Source of the DNA: Malacoraja senta
Lineage: Eukaryota
Direction of reading: 5' to 3'
DNA: 64,000 nt
NCBI GenBank assembly: GCA_038087875.1
Contig: CM075988.1
Span: 25,112,001-25,176,000 of the forward strand
Of the stretch, positions 37,965 through 49,754 are shown piece after piece; position 1 is the stretch's first letter, and each line of letters starts with the position of its first letter. The notes below the pieces were generated by a model. It was not told the origin of the DNA and ran no database searches. It saw nothing but the letters and a program-made list of their open reading frames with translations. The position numbers and the translations under genes were made by a program.

Positions 37965-38466
37965 ATTAATTTTTTGGGGGAAATTATTTTTTATTGGAGG
38001 TAAATACATATTATATTAAAATCGATACCAGTCTTACATTTTTAAATTACTAATATCGTCCAATATTATTACAATGTCTCCAATACTTTTTTTCTTTTTT
38101 TTTTAAAAACTAAATAGAACTAAAAAGAGAGATGAAATAGGGAAAGAAAGAGAAAAAAGAGAAGAAACAAAAAAAACAACAACAAAAAAAGAAAAAAGGA
38201 AAGAGACAATAAAGAAGAATGGAATAACTTACTGCGATAAAAAACTAAATTCGAGATATATTCGTACATTTCAGAGTATAACATTTCATCTATTCCTTGG
38301 CACGGGTGTTAGTCAGGTTCTTGTGCTGAACCATTCTGACCCTTTAAATAGTCAATAAAGGGAGACCATGTTCCGACGAATAATTCCTGTTTGTCCAACA
38401 GGACAAGTCTAATTCTTTCCAAGTGTAAGGTCTCCGTCATTTCTATAATCCAAATTTTGATTGGAT
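37965..38466 (-). mobile_element. L1-clade LINE 3' end
   Basis: WIIEMTETLHLERIRL...FVGTWSPFIDYL; T-rich 3' UTR; 15-bp TSD tgtcctgacattatt (37950-64 / 38467-81). Confidence 0.8.
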
Positions 38467-39054
38467 TGTCCTGACATTATTTTAATTGGCTTTCTTTTTA
38501 CTTTTATTGATTAGTTCACTGGATGTGGGTATCAGTGGCAAGGCTGGTATTTATTGTCCATCCTTAATTGCCGTGACCTAAGGTGGGGTTTGGGAGAGAC
38601 ATAGCTCAGACTCGGTGGAAATGGCCAATATCCTTTCCTGAACAACATAACAATCATTAGAGCAGATTAACTGGATTGTTGCATCGGTGTTTACGGGAGT
38701 TTGCTCTGCAAGGTTTGGCTTTAGAGTTTCCTAGTTCATAAAAGGAACAGCACACAAGTGTTCCATTGGCACCGGGAAGATCTCTGGGATATCCTGGCCC
38801 CATGCTATGTAAATTCTGGATTTTCCTTCCAAATACTCGAAACGCCAATATTTCATTTCACATTGAAAACAAGTTATAAAGTGGTTTCAAGGTACTGTCC
38901 GCACAGTACAAGATCTATTGTTTGGGCAGTATTGAACCAGTGTCCAATGGGATTAGATCACATTGGATCAGCCACAATCATATTGAATGGAACGACAGGT
39001 CGGAGGGATCTGGTAATCTACTCTACCGTTTTCTTGTGTTCTGTTGGATTCTCA

Positions 39055-39420
39055 GTTTCAGTTTTGATTAGTTTATTGTCACGTGTACCGAGGTACAGTG
39101 AAGAGCCTTTGTTGCCTGCTATCCAGTCAGCAGAAAGACAATACATGATTATAATCGAGTCATTACAGTGTATAGATACATGATAGGGGAATAACGTTTA
39201 GTGCAAGGTAAAGCCAGCAAAGTCAGATCAAGGATAGGCAAGGGTCACCAATGAGGTAGGTAGTGGTTCAGAACTGCTCTCTAGTTGTGGTAGGATGATT
39301 CAGTTGCCTGACAACAGCTGGGAAGAAACTGTCCCTGAATCTGGAGGTGTGCTTTTTCACGCTTTTACACCTTTTGCCTGTTGGGAGAGGGGAGAAGAGG
39401 GAATGGCCAGGGTGCGACAC
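39055..39420 (-). mobile_element. Rex1/Babar 3' end
   Basis: tttattgtcacgtgtaccgagg tail; reverse HPGHSLFSPLPTGKRCKSVK..TSRFRDSFFPAVVRQLN. Confidence 0.85.
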
Positions 39421-41479
39421 AGTAACTTTGTCTGTATGGGAAGCTGAATCTGTGGAATATCTTAATGAGGCAACCGGAGGATGATAGTAGGATAATACTG
39501 GGGATCAAATGATCCAAAACCCCACACATGAGGATTAATTAAATCGCCATTTAAGTCCACAGGATTACTAAATCACACCAAAAGGAAGTTTAGTTTACTG
39601 TCACATGTACCGAGCACGCTTTTGTTGCGTGCTAACCAGTCAGCGGAAAGACAATACATGACTACAATCGAGCAGTCCACAGTGGATTATTGGATTTTGG
39701 ATTGGTGGAAACTGGGCGAGTTAATCTGCACAGAACATTTGTGATCTCTTGTTCCCCCCATCCGCTTCTCCTGGGTATTGTTATTGCAGTCACTCCCCCC
39801 TCCCGCCCCTCGCCTCCCCTCCCCCCACCCATACTCCATTAAAAAATCAAATAAAACACCAGAGATATAATTGTAATGTCACAGTAAACACGTGAGGGCA
39901 TCAAGGTGAGTTTGAGGAAGGTCCATATTGGATTTCTACTCACTTTTTCCTTTCATTCTTCATTCGCCATTCCATGCATTCAAGACAACTGTCAAGTGAT
40001 GAACAATAAGTTAAAATATTTTAAGTGACATCAATTGTGGGATAAATATTGCCCAAGACTCAGAAACAAACTCTTCTGCATTTTTCCAAGTGATACTATA
40101 GGATATATTACACCCATCTGAGAAATTAGTTGGCTGTCTTACACTGAGAGACGGCATCTCTAACTATAGAATTTCCTCCGCACTGCTGTGGACTATCAGA
40201 GTAACCTCTGTGCAGTTGCAAGCAGATACCCACCTCTACATTGGTGTTGAGATGACGATTTTCTTTTGTTGCATTTTTTTTTCTGCACAAATAATTGCAT
40301 TTCTTTCTTTAAAATACACATTGATAATGAAATTCTTTTTTCCACAATTAGTTCTTGGGGTGCTTTTCCTGTCATTAGAGATTTAGCAATAGAGTAAAAA
40401 TAAAATTTTCAAACCAAATATATCAACAACAACAATTGCCTTCACATCGTATCTGAGATATGTGTCCTGATTGACCATGAATTATCAATAAAATCCAATT
40501 TCATCTTTTGCCGTTTTCCAACATCCATTTATTAGCAGTATATTCTTAAAATGTTACACTTATGCTCATCTTATTTATTCAACATTAAAACTTCAATTGT
40601 TCTACACTCACTATCAATTTCTTCCATTTCAAATCACTATGCATATTTATGATAAAAATTGTCAATGTTAGTTGCATTTTCACTGCACCAGTTTCTCAGC
40701 TTGTAGTACCCAAACACTCTCAGATTTGAACTGATCTCTGCTTCGCAAATGTTCCTAATATTGTACTGTGGCATAAACCAAAAGAAAAGCCCATGATTTT
40801 GAAAGGGAGGTGAGTTACAAAGAAGTGCCGTGGTCCAATTACTCCCTGCCTTAGCCGCCTGTGGCCATCTGGTACTTGGCCGAGGTGGTTAGTCTTCATG
40901 AATGAATCAAAACAGTTGAAGGACTGTGGGCTGTTGGACCAGAATGCGTCGAGCTCTTCGAAGGTGACAATTGCCAGGATTGTGAATTCTGGCTAACTGT
41001 CCTCTTTTTCTCACTCTGAGGAAACTGAAGTCAATTATGGCAACACCATTCCCAGCTTCGGGGAGCCCAGACTGAAAATCAAGCAGGATAACTTGGGCGG
41101 CTCAGTGCCAAACCCATATGGAGCGCGCAGTGCAAGCTGTGGACTTGCGATAAATAATGGGAAACAGAGGATCGACATTGCCACCGTAAGTGGAAGAATG
41201 TAATTACAGTGTTAATAGTTTACACAAACTGCTCTGCCATTTACAGGCTGGACAAATTCATGACGGAAAATCTGATAATATTGAAGTGTGTCCTTCGGGA
41301 TGTCATTAGCATACTATAAGAAGTTAAAATTTATTAAACGGCAACTTTTCATCTTGAAGAATCATCAAAGTTGATCAGTGACAATATATGCGCCGTTATT
41401 CAGTTGCAGATTTGCTTTTCCAAGTCGGAATAGGTCTACACTGGTGCAATGGTGGGAGAAATTTATGTTCAAGCCAACT

Positions 41480-41655
41480 TTCAAGAGAAAGTTAGACATA
41501 GTTCTTAGGGCTAAAGGAATCAAGGGATATGGGGAAAAAGCAGGAACGGGGAACTGATTTTAGATGATCAACCATGATCATATTGAATGGCGGTGCTGGC
41601 TCGAAGGGCCGAATGGCTTATTCCTGTACCTATTTTTCTATGTTTTAATGTTTCT
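41480..41655 (+). mobile_element. CR1/HER1 3' end
   Basis: Standard 3' UTR and tail. Confidence 0.85.
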
Positions 41656-42187
41656 AACTAAAGATGCTTAAACATAAAACATAGGCTAGATCTTTCAACC
41701 CAGCACTGAGAGAGTTGCACTGTTGGTCTTTGGAGACTTGAAACTTTGAGGTGAATATTTGTTGTCCGCATTACAACAAGAAATACTCACTGATTATGAA
41801 ACACATTTTGGCACTTCTAAGTTCTCAAAACAAGGTAAGTTTGTGCGATCGTTTGGTGATCTCACTGAGGGAGGCAGCGAGTCCATGCCTGTGAATTAAA
41901 GGAATATCTTTCACCCTGATTGCCATCCAGCCATCATCCTGTTGGAAAGTGCATATCGAATGACAAGAAGGCCATGCTCAGCGTTGAGGATATTGAATAA
42001 AGGCAGGACATTCCACAGCTTTGAACAGAAAAAACACCCATTCAGTCGAGAGCAAATCCAAGCACAGTCTCTATGGTCCAGCCAAACAGAAACACTATTC
42101 TCAGGTTAACTGAGGTCCAAAGCTTTCTAACGGATCAACTGGTAGGTACTCCAGCTTTTGCAAAGCCAACTATTGCTTTTATGCTTT

Positions 42188-42377
42188 GGGTGGCACGGTG
42201 GCGCAACAGTAGAGTTACTGCTTTACAACGCCAGAGACCCGGGTTCGATCCTGACTACGGGTGCATGTCTGTATGGAGCTTGCATGTTCTTATCGTGACC
42301 TGCGTGGGGTTGTCTCCGAGATCTTCGGTTTCCTCCCACACTCCAAAGACGTACAGGTTTGTAGGTGAATTGGCTTG
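42188..42377 (+). mobile_element. HE1 SINE, 3'-truncated
   Basis: Head and V-domain. Confidence 0.85.
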
Positions 42378-43338
42378 AACACACAACCCTTCTGACTCAG
42401 GTGAGCGCGCCACACCTGACACATGGCCTGGGAGTGGGAGAGAGCTTCAGTGTCCTTGGCAATGCATTGTAGCCAACTACATCAGAAGAGAAAGGAAAAA
42501 GAATTGGAACTGAAGTTGTGCTACTGTTGTATACATCAAGACAGGATGCAGGAAAATCAATCATCAGACCAAAGCATAAAAGACTAATCAATGGCATTGA
42601 TTTACATCAGCAGGATATAGTACCTGGAACTCAGAAGCCTAGAATTTACAACTGCAATATCAGCAGAATAACACTTATCTGGCTCTTATTTTAACAAGCA
42701 TTACTCCTTCAGTTTTTTTCTTGCTGCCATTCAATGCTAGGAGACCAAGGAAAACTCCCCAACTATTCTTCAAAAGGGCCTCCTACACTCCTCAACCTCG
42801 TCACATCTCATCTAGAGACAGACATCTCTGACATTGGACGTGAAGTATCACCTGAACTGTCTGAGCCAATTGCTTTATCATTTCTAATATTATAGAAAGA
42901 TATAATTTCTTCATTTACGTTGAAACAAAACTGCTTTGGGCATTAGCTTGACATTATTACCCCTGTAACCAAGCTCAGTTCAATTTACCTCATGGCATCG
43001 ATGGGGTTATCGTGCAACGTAGGTTTCAGAATTTACGGGATGAGAAATTAATTCCAGCTGTAGACCATTGCATTGATGTTCAAAATTGGTTTAACTTGGG
43101 GATGCACATTTTGTGTTTCCATGTTTGGGCTTCTTAGTATCCTACAAGGAAAATTATCTCTTCATATTTTAGCAGAACTTTTATTTTCGCAAGAACTCAC
43201 TTTCAGCATAAAATCTTCCTTTATTATTTATTGTGTAATCTATGGTCATTGTGTTTGCAGAGCTGGCAAGTTGGTGCGAATAAGAATTGAATTGTTCCAT
43301 TTTCAGTACATATGACAATTAAATAGTACATATGACAA

Positions 43339-43564
43339 TTGAATTCTCCCAATTCTGCTAGCCCTTGCTGTCCCCTCCCCTTCATCAACCCTCTGGTTGT
43401 CTCCTCCCCTCCCCCAGCCCTCGGGCTCCTCCTCCGCTTTTTTCCTTTCTCCCCCCCACCCCCTATCAGTCTGAAGAAGGGTTTCGGCCCGAAACGTTGC
43501 CTATTTCCTTCGCTCCATAGATGCTGCTGCACCCGCTGAGTTTCTCCAGCATTTTTGTGTACCT
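43339..43564 (+). mobile_element. PLE 3' end (TTCG-loop subfamily)
   Basis: ORF end EFSQFC*, pyrimidine-rich UTR, HHR; flanking repeat tgacaattaaata. Confidence 0.85.
43471..43498 (+). ncRNA. Minimal hammerhead ribozyme motif
   Basis: CTGAAGA-A-GGGT(TTCG)GCCC-GAAA-CG-TT. Confidence 0.65.
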
Positions 43565-43585
43565 ACTGACAATTAAATACTTTTG

Positions 43586-43893
43586 ACTCCAAAACGCCGC
43601 AGCGAGACTCCTGACGGTCACCCGAAAAAGGGACCACATCACCCCGATTCTGGCCTCTCTCCACTGGCTCCCAGTGCGATTCCGAATCAATTTCAAGCTC
43701 CTTCTTTATGTATACAAAGCCCTTAACGGGCTTGCCCCCACCTACATCAAAAATCTGCTTTCCCACCATACATATGTATGTATTGTTGATCTATGTACCA
43801 CTGTTTGTAGCATGTGAGTACCTGCCCTAATGTAAAGCACTTTGGTCAACGAGAGTTGTTTTTAAATGTGCTATAGAAATAAAATTGACTTGA
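43586..43893 (+). mobile_element. L2 LINE fragment (internally deleted)
   Basis: LQNAAARLLTVTRKRDHITPILASLHWLPVRFRINFKLLLYVYKALNGLAPTY joined to an L2 tail. Confidence 0.9.
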
Positions 43894-43971
43894 CTCTTCA
43901 ATGTCCACAATGCAGCCACACTTTTTTGAAGTTTACTCTGCAATGAATTTGGGCATTACATACAAGATGTG

Positions 43972-44265
43972 TTTAGTTTAGTTTAGTTTAGTTGCACAAG
44001 GGGAAACAGGCCCTTCGGCCCATCAGGTCCAGGCCGACCATCAATCACCCATGCACTAGTTCCATGTTATCCCACTTTTGCATCCTCCACACTGGGGGCA
44101 ATATACAGAAGCCACTTAACCTACAAACCTGCATGCCTTTGGAATGTGGGGGGGAACCAGAGCACCCAACGAAAAGCCACATGGTCACAGGGGAGAACGT
44201 ACAAACTCCGCACAGACAGCATGCAAGACCAGGTATTTGGTGCTGTGAGCCATGCCACTGTGCCG
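43972..44265 (-). mobile_element. HE1-type SINE
   Basis: Tail, V-domain, partial head. Confidence 0.8.
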
Positions 44266-44446
44266 AATAATGCATCCTGTGTAGTCTCTTTGCCGAATTG
44301 TAGCATATCACCTTGCTACATTGGGCAAAGTGTGTAGCCTTGCCTGGAGTAGGGCCCATGTGTGATCCCTAATCTTTGCCATCATGTTGTATCTGGTTGT
44401 TAAACTGGACCTCTTTCTGCAATTGTATCCATCTGCCAATTGTATG

Positions 44447-44660
44447 TTTGAAGAGGTTCCCACCTGAAACGTCACCTATCCATGTTCTCCAGAGATGCTG
44501 CCTGACCCGCTGAGTTACTCCAGCACTCTGTGAAACGTCACCTATCCATGTTCTCCACAGATGCTGCCTGACCCGCTGAGTTACTCCAGCACTGTGTGAA
44601 ATGCCACCTATCCATGTTCTCCACAGATGCTGCCTGACCCGCTGAGTTACTCCAGCACTT
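44447..44660 (+). repeat. 3 x 66-bp tandem array of a PLE 3' unit segment
   Basis: Units start at 44465, 44531, 44597 (tgaaacgtcacc...). Confidence 0.9.
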
Positions 44661-44992
44661 CGTATCTCTTTTTTGTATGTTTGTCTTTTCTGAATGGTAT
44701 AACTTTTCCTCGTTATATCTCTTTGCAAAATTACAACTTCTTCACATATTTTCAAGCAGACAAAGCTCCACTTATTTTACGTTTCAGAAGTTTGACTTCA
44801 TGTTAAAAAAACTATCCATCTGCCACCACCTACTAATCCATCTATCTCAGTTCCTCATCTTTTCCTGTCGGGCTTCAGATCAAGCAGTTGGGGCTCCTCT
44901 CATGGGGAACTCAGTGTAGTTATTAATAATAATACAATCATATATACACAGGCAAAATACCAGAAGGAATTCTAAAATGCAGACATGAATAG

Positions 44993-45180
44993 TTTTCTGG
45001 ACGCTTTCAAGAGAGAGTTAGATAGAGCTCTTAAAGATAGCGGAGTCAAGGGATATGGGGAGAAGGCAGGAACGAGGTTGATCTGATTGTGGATGATCAG
45101 CCATGATCACAATGAATGGCAGTGCTGGCTCTGTGCTAGGTCCGAATGGCCTACTCCTGCACCTATTGTCTATTGTTTTA
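44993..45180 (+). mobile_element. CR1/HER1 3' end
   Basis: Standard 3' UTR and tail. Confidence 0.85.
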
Positions 45181-45340
45181 TTTAGCACTGGTTACTGGTC
45201 CAACATAAAGACTTGAGTGAACCAGATTCTTGACAATTTTTTTCTACAGACTAGTTAGATAAACTTCAGTTGATGCCCACTTTTTGGTTGTATGCCACGT
45301 GTCTGAAATGCCAAGGTCATATTATAGTCTCACAACAATG

Positions 45341-45630
45341 GGTAGCGGTAGAGTTGCTGCCTTACAGCGCCAGAGACCCGGGTTCTATCCTGACTACGGG
45401 TGTTGTTTGTACAGAGTTTTACGTTCTCCCCGTGACCACGTGGGTTTTCTCCGGGTGTTCCAGTTCCCTTCCACACTCCAAAGACGTACAGGTTTGTAGG
45501 TTAATTGGCTTCGGTAAAAATAGTAAATTGTCCCTAATGTGTAGAATAGTGTTGGTGTACGAGGATTGCAGGTCGGCGCAGACTCGGTGGGCCAAAGAGC
45601 CTGTTTCCCTGCTGTATCCCAAAACTAAAC
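45341..45630 (+). mobile_element. HE1-type SINE
   Basis: Head, V-domain, tail. Confidence 0.88.
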
Positions 45631-46147
45631 AACATCTATCACATTTGACCTGATAGAAATATATAAAATTACTAGACTAAGTGGGACCCGTTGGGTCCCA
45701 TGTTCACACGGGAGGGCTGGTCCCCCAACGCAATATTCCGCCTCTCCACCAATTCCAATATTGGTGGCCATTGGGGGGGGGGGGGGCTTTCTGGAGCACT
45801 GGTATGGGTGTTGTTGGCTGCAGGGACTACTGGTCTCCAGAGGGCTAGTATGGACATTGTGGGCCAAATGAATTCTTGGGGTGGCAGCTCAGTCCCTCAA
45901 GCCTGATGTGCTGGCAGCTCACTCACGGCTGGTGGGCTGGCAGTTGATTCACGGCTATTCCTTGAAATTCCATTTCAAGCAGAGTGCTAGGCCACCAAAT
46001 TCAAATCCATTTTCCTACCATTTCAAGCAGGGTGCAAGGCCACAAAATTCCAGTGCAGTTTCATACCACTTCAAGCAGGGTGCAAGGCCACCAAATTCAG
46101 GTTCATCTAAAATCAATGTAGTGCAAACAGGAAGTTGTCAAGTTTAG

Positions 46148-46372
46148 CCAAACAACCATTTGCAGTGCCTTTTTACTTCAACCCCAAAACACACCAAACA
46201 ACCATTTGCACTGCCTTTTTACTTCAACCCCCAAAAAACCCCAAACAACCATTTGCACTGCCTTTTTACTTCAACCCAAAGCCCCCAAACAACCATTTGC
46301 ACTGCCTTTTTACTTCAACCCAAAACCCCCCCAAACAACCATTTGCACTGCCTTTTTACTTCAAACCAACCA
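46148..46372. repeat. 5 x ~46-bp minisatellite inside the Helitron
   Basis: ccaaacaaccatttgcactgcctttttacttcaa at 46148, 46194, 46241, 46285, 46331. Confidence 0.95.
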
Positions 46373-46401
46373 TATTTTCATTTTCAAACCACATTAAGGA
46401 C

Positions 46402-46535
46402 ACTCACAGTTGAGTAGACATGTGTTCAGTGTTATTCAGAGCTCAGAGAGACGTGAACCTCTCACTTCCTCCATCTTGCAGAGACTGAGTGAGGCACACC
46501 ACTTCCTGGTTTTATAGTCCCTCCCCCCTCCCACC
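46402..46535 (-). promoter_or_regulatory. Putative TATA-Inr core promoter and 5' splice site in the Helitron
   Basis: GC box, TATAAAA 46516-46510, CAGGAAGT, Inr TCAGTC with +1 at 46486, CAAGATGG, donor GTGAGT at 46407. Confidence 0.5.
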
Positions 46536-46743
46536 AGCAGGGGCAGCATAGAGAATGGCAACATTTTAAAAAACATTAATATATCTCTGATTTTTCATTG
46601 ATGGGAAAAATCCTCCAATCCAGGCAGGCGGAGGGGGGCTCCGAGCGAGGTGGCCAAAATGACGGCCGTAGGTGGCGGCGTTCTCTTGGAAAGCACAGCA
46701 CAGCGAGCCAAAAGCGATCAAGATCTTACTTTAGTAATATAGA

Positions 46744-47070
46744 TGATAGGCCCAGATAAGAGATAATCAGAAAGTTTTTCCCGCCTGGGTGGAAATGTCA
46801 AAGATAGAGGGCATAGCTTTAATGTGAGATGGGAGAATGTGAGATGTTTATGGCAGATGTGTGGGGTAAGTTTTAAAACACAGAGGCTGGTGGATGCCTG
46901 TAAGAGGTGGAGCAGGTACAATAGTGTCATTTATGAGGCTTTTAGATAGGCACATGGATATGCAGGTGTATGGATTATGTGTAGGCAGATGAGATTGGTT
47001 GGTCTTGCCCTTATGTCTGGCATAGACATTATGGGCCGAAGGGCTTGATCCTGCGTTCTACTTTTCTACG
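46744..47070 (+). mobile_element. Old CR1 3' end (Helitron target; 5' part 45645-45671)
   Basis: gacctgatagaaatatataaaatta|tgatagg...agagggcatagc...gggccgaagggc. Confidence 0.7.
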
Positions 47071-47388
47071 TACAATGATCTGTTATCCATATTGCCTGCC
47101 AAACCTTTAAGCCCTATGATCAGACCCTGCAGAGAATGTTACCCTCAACGTTCTGATATTTCAGTGCTTCACGATTAGATTGAAACACTCTTGGAATCAT
47201 TCTCAGGCTACATCAGATCCCGTCAGTGGAGAACAGGCTCACACTATCAGTTCCCCACAGACTGCAGGATTAATCACACTTTCATAACCTGCTGTTTTCC
47301 CTCAGTCACCTTCCTACAACCAGTTCATTCCACTCACACGTTTACACTCACACGCTTACAACTGACTCATCCACAGCTGTTGGAACTT

Positions 47389-48025
47389 ACATAGAAACAT
47401 AGAAAATAGGTGCAGGAGGAGGCCATTCGGCCCTTCGAGCCAGCACCGCCATTCATTGTGATCATGGCTGATCGTCCCCAATCAATAACCCGTGCCTGCC
47501 TTCTCCCCATATCCCTTGACTCCACTCGCCCCTAGAGCTCTATCTAACTCTCTCTTAAATCCATCCAGTGATTTGGCCTCCACTGTGGCAGGGAATTCCA
47601 CAAATTCACAACTCTCTGGGTGAAAACGTTTTTTCTCACCTCAGTCTTAAATGGCCTCCCCTTTATTCTAAGACTGTGGCCCCTGGTTCTGGACTCGCCC
47701 AACATTGGGAACATTTTTCCTGCATCTAGCTTGTCCAGTCCTTTTATAATTTTACACTGTATATGTTTATATAAGATACCCCCCTCATCCTTCTAAACTC
47801 CAGTGAATACTAACCTAGTCTTTTCAATCTTTCCTCATATGACAGTCCCGCCATCCCAGTGATCAATCTCGTGAACCTACGCTGCACTGCCTCAATCACA
47901 AGGATGTCCTTCCTCAAATTACGAGACCAAAACCGTACGCAATACTCCAGATGTGGTCTCACCAGAGCCCTATACAACTGCAGAAGAACCTCTCTCCTCC
48001 TACACTGAAATCCTCTTGTTATGAA
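47389..48025 (-). mobile_element. CR1/HER1 3' end
   Basis: Same family as 17041-17603; reverse [17 protein letters not shown]. Confidence 0.9.
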
Positions 48026-48043
48026 CTGATCACTAGAGGCTCT

Positions 48044-48333
48044 TAGTTTAGTTTAGTTTAGAGATACAGTGCGGAAACAGGCCCTTTTGGCCCACCGGGT
48101 CCGTGCCGACCAGCGATCCTATACCCACTAGGGACAATTTTTGCATTTACCAAGCCATTTGACCTACATACCTGTACGCCTTTGGAGTGTGGGAGGAAAC
48201 CGAGGATCTCGGAGAAAACCCACGCAGGTCACGGGGAGAATGTACACACTCCATATAGACAGCAGCCGTAGTCGGTATTGAACCCAGGTCTCCGGCGCTG
48301 CATTCGCTAAAAGGCAGCAACTCTACCGCTGCA
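48044..48333 (-). mobile_element. HE1-type SINE
   Basis: Full-length reverse copy. Confidence 0.88.
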
Positions 48334-48787
48334 CATACTCTTCATGTAATAAACTTGCACTGCAGATTGTAAATCTTGTTGCTGGTGCTCTGAAAGCCAT
48401 CCAGTAGCTAAATTTGCTCCAAAATATTTATACCTTGTATTGCATACATGTATATAGTACCGTACGTGTATTAAAACATCTCAGAGTTCTGCATAGATTG
48501 AACTTTACTTGACACACAACCTTTTAATACAGACAAGTGATGTTGCCACAGTTATAGAGTCATACAGCTTAGAAAAAGATCCTTCGGCCCATCTCGTCCA
48601 TGCCGACCAACATGCCCCATCCAAACTAGTCCCATTTGCCCGCTAGAGTGTGGTCAAGTAGTGCCAGGTTTTAAGGGATATCCTTGAGCTAGAGAGATGT
48701 AGGAGGTGAGATTTGAGAGAGCGCAGAAGTGGACAGATTAACCAAGAGATCACAATTGGAGGAGTGCAGAGATTCAAGGGTCTCAAT

Positions 48788-49335
48788 TCAGTTTAGTTTA
48801 TTGTCACGTGTACCGAGGTACAGTGAAAAGCTTTTGTTGCGTGCTGACCAGTCGGCGTAAAGACAATACATGATTACAATAGAGTCATTTATAGTCTACA
48901 GATACATGATAAGAGAATGGTAGACAAAATTGCTGGAGAAACTCAGCGGGTACGGCAGCATCTATGGAGCGAAGGAAATGGGCAACGTTTCGGGGTTTCG
49001 GCCCGAAACGTTGCCTATTTCCTTCGCTCCATAGATGCTGCTGCACCCGCTGAGTTTCTCCAGCAATTTTGTCTACCTTCGATTTTCCAGCATCTGCAGT
49101 TCCTTCTTGGACATGATAAGAGAATAACGTTTAGTGCAAGGTAAAGCCAGCAAGGTTTGATCAAGGATAGTCCGAGGGTCGCCAATGACATAGATAGTAG
49201 TTCAGGACTGCTCTCTGGTTGTGGTAGGATGGTTCAGTTGTCAGATAACAGCTGTCCCTGAATCTGGAGGTGTGCGTTTTCACACTTCTCTACCTTTTGC
49301 TCAATGGGAGAGAGGAGAAGAGGGAGTGGCCATCG
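48788..49335 (-). mobile_element. Rex1/Babar 3' end with nested PLE unit
   Basis: Same family as 39055-39420. Confidence 0.8.
48919..49110. mobile_element. Palindromic PLE 3' unit
   Basis: Inverted arms joined in HHR stem II; 15-bp TSD acatgataagagaat (48904-18 / 49111-25). Confidence 0.9.
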
Positions 49336-49404
49336 TCTCATAGTTGGAGGAAGTTACAGAAATGGGGAGGAGTGAAGTGATTGAAAGAGCAAGGAGAAAT
49401 GTAG

Positions 49405-49754
49405 AGGGCCTGTCCCACTTTCCCGAGTTATTCACGAATTCTCCTGAGTTTTCAAACTCGCAGAATGTTCGTAACGAGTCCGTAGGAGGCCGTGGGAATC
49501 CGTGGATATATCGTAGCGGCTCGTTATGCCAGCCGTAGGTACTCGGGGCTATTTTTTTACTCGTGGACATTTTTCATCAGGCTGTAAAAAACGTCCCGAC
49601 TTACCTGATGCCCCGAGTACCTACGGTTGGCATAACGAGCCGCTACGATATATCCACGGACTCCCACAGCATCCTACGGACTCGTTACGAACATTCTGCG
49701 AGTTTGAAAACTCGGGAGAATTCGTGAATAACTCGGGAAAGTGGGACAGGCCCT
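49405..49754. mobile_element. PIF/Harbinger-type MITE with long inverted arms
   Basis: TIR AGGGCCTGTCCCACTTTCCCGAG; ~140-bp near-perfect fold-back. Confidence 0.85.

Larger units (their letters stand above)
45672..46743 (-). mobile_element. Non-autonomous Helitron
   Basis: 5' TC, 3' CTAG, hairpin TGGGACCC-aac-GGGTCCCA just upstream of the 3' end; inserted between A and T of a CR1 (aaaatta|tgatagg) with no TSD. Confidence 0.88.

Noticed and set aside
37560..38570. ~60-bp direct repeat ~950 bp apart as element termini
   Set aside because: Diverged copies of a retroelement tail with no shared TSD or coherent interior
46148..46372. CRISPR-like repeat-spacer array
   Set aside because: Spacers are only ~10-nt A/C homopolymer variants, there are no cas genes, and the context is eukaryotic; it is a minisatellite in a Helitron
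46531..46548. CTCF motif inside the Helitron
   Set aside because: One G short of the core consensus
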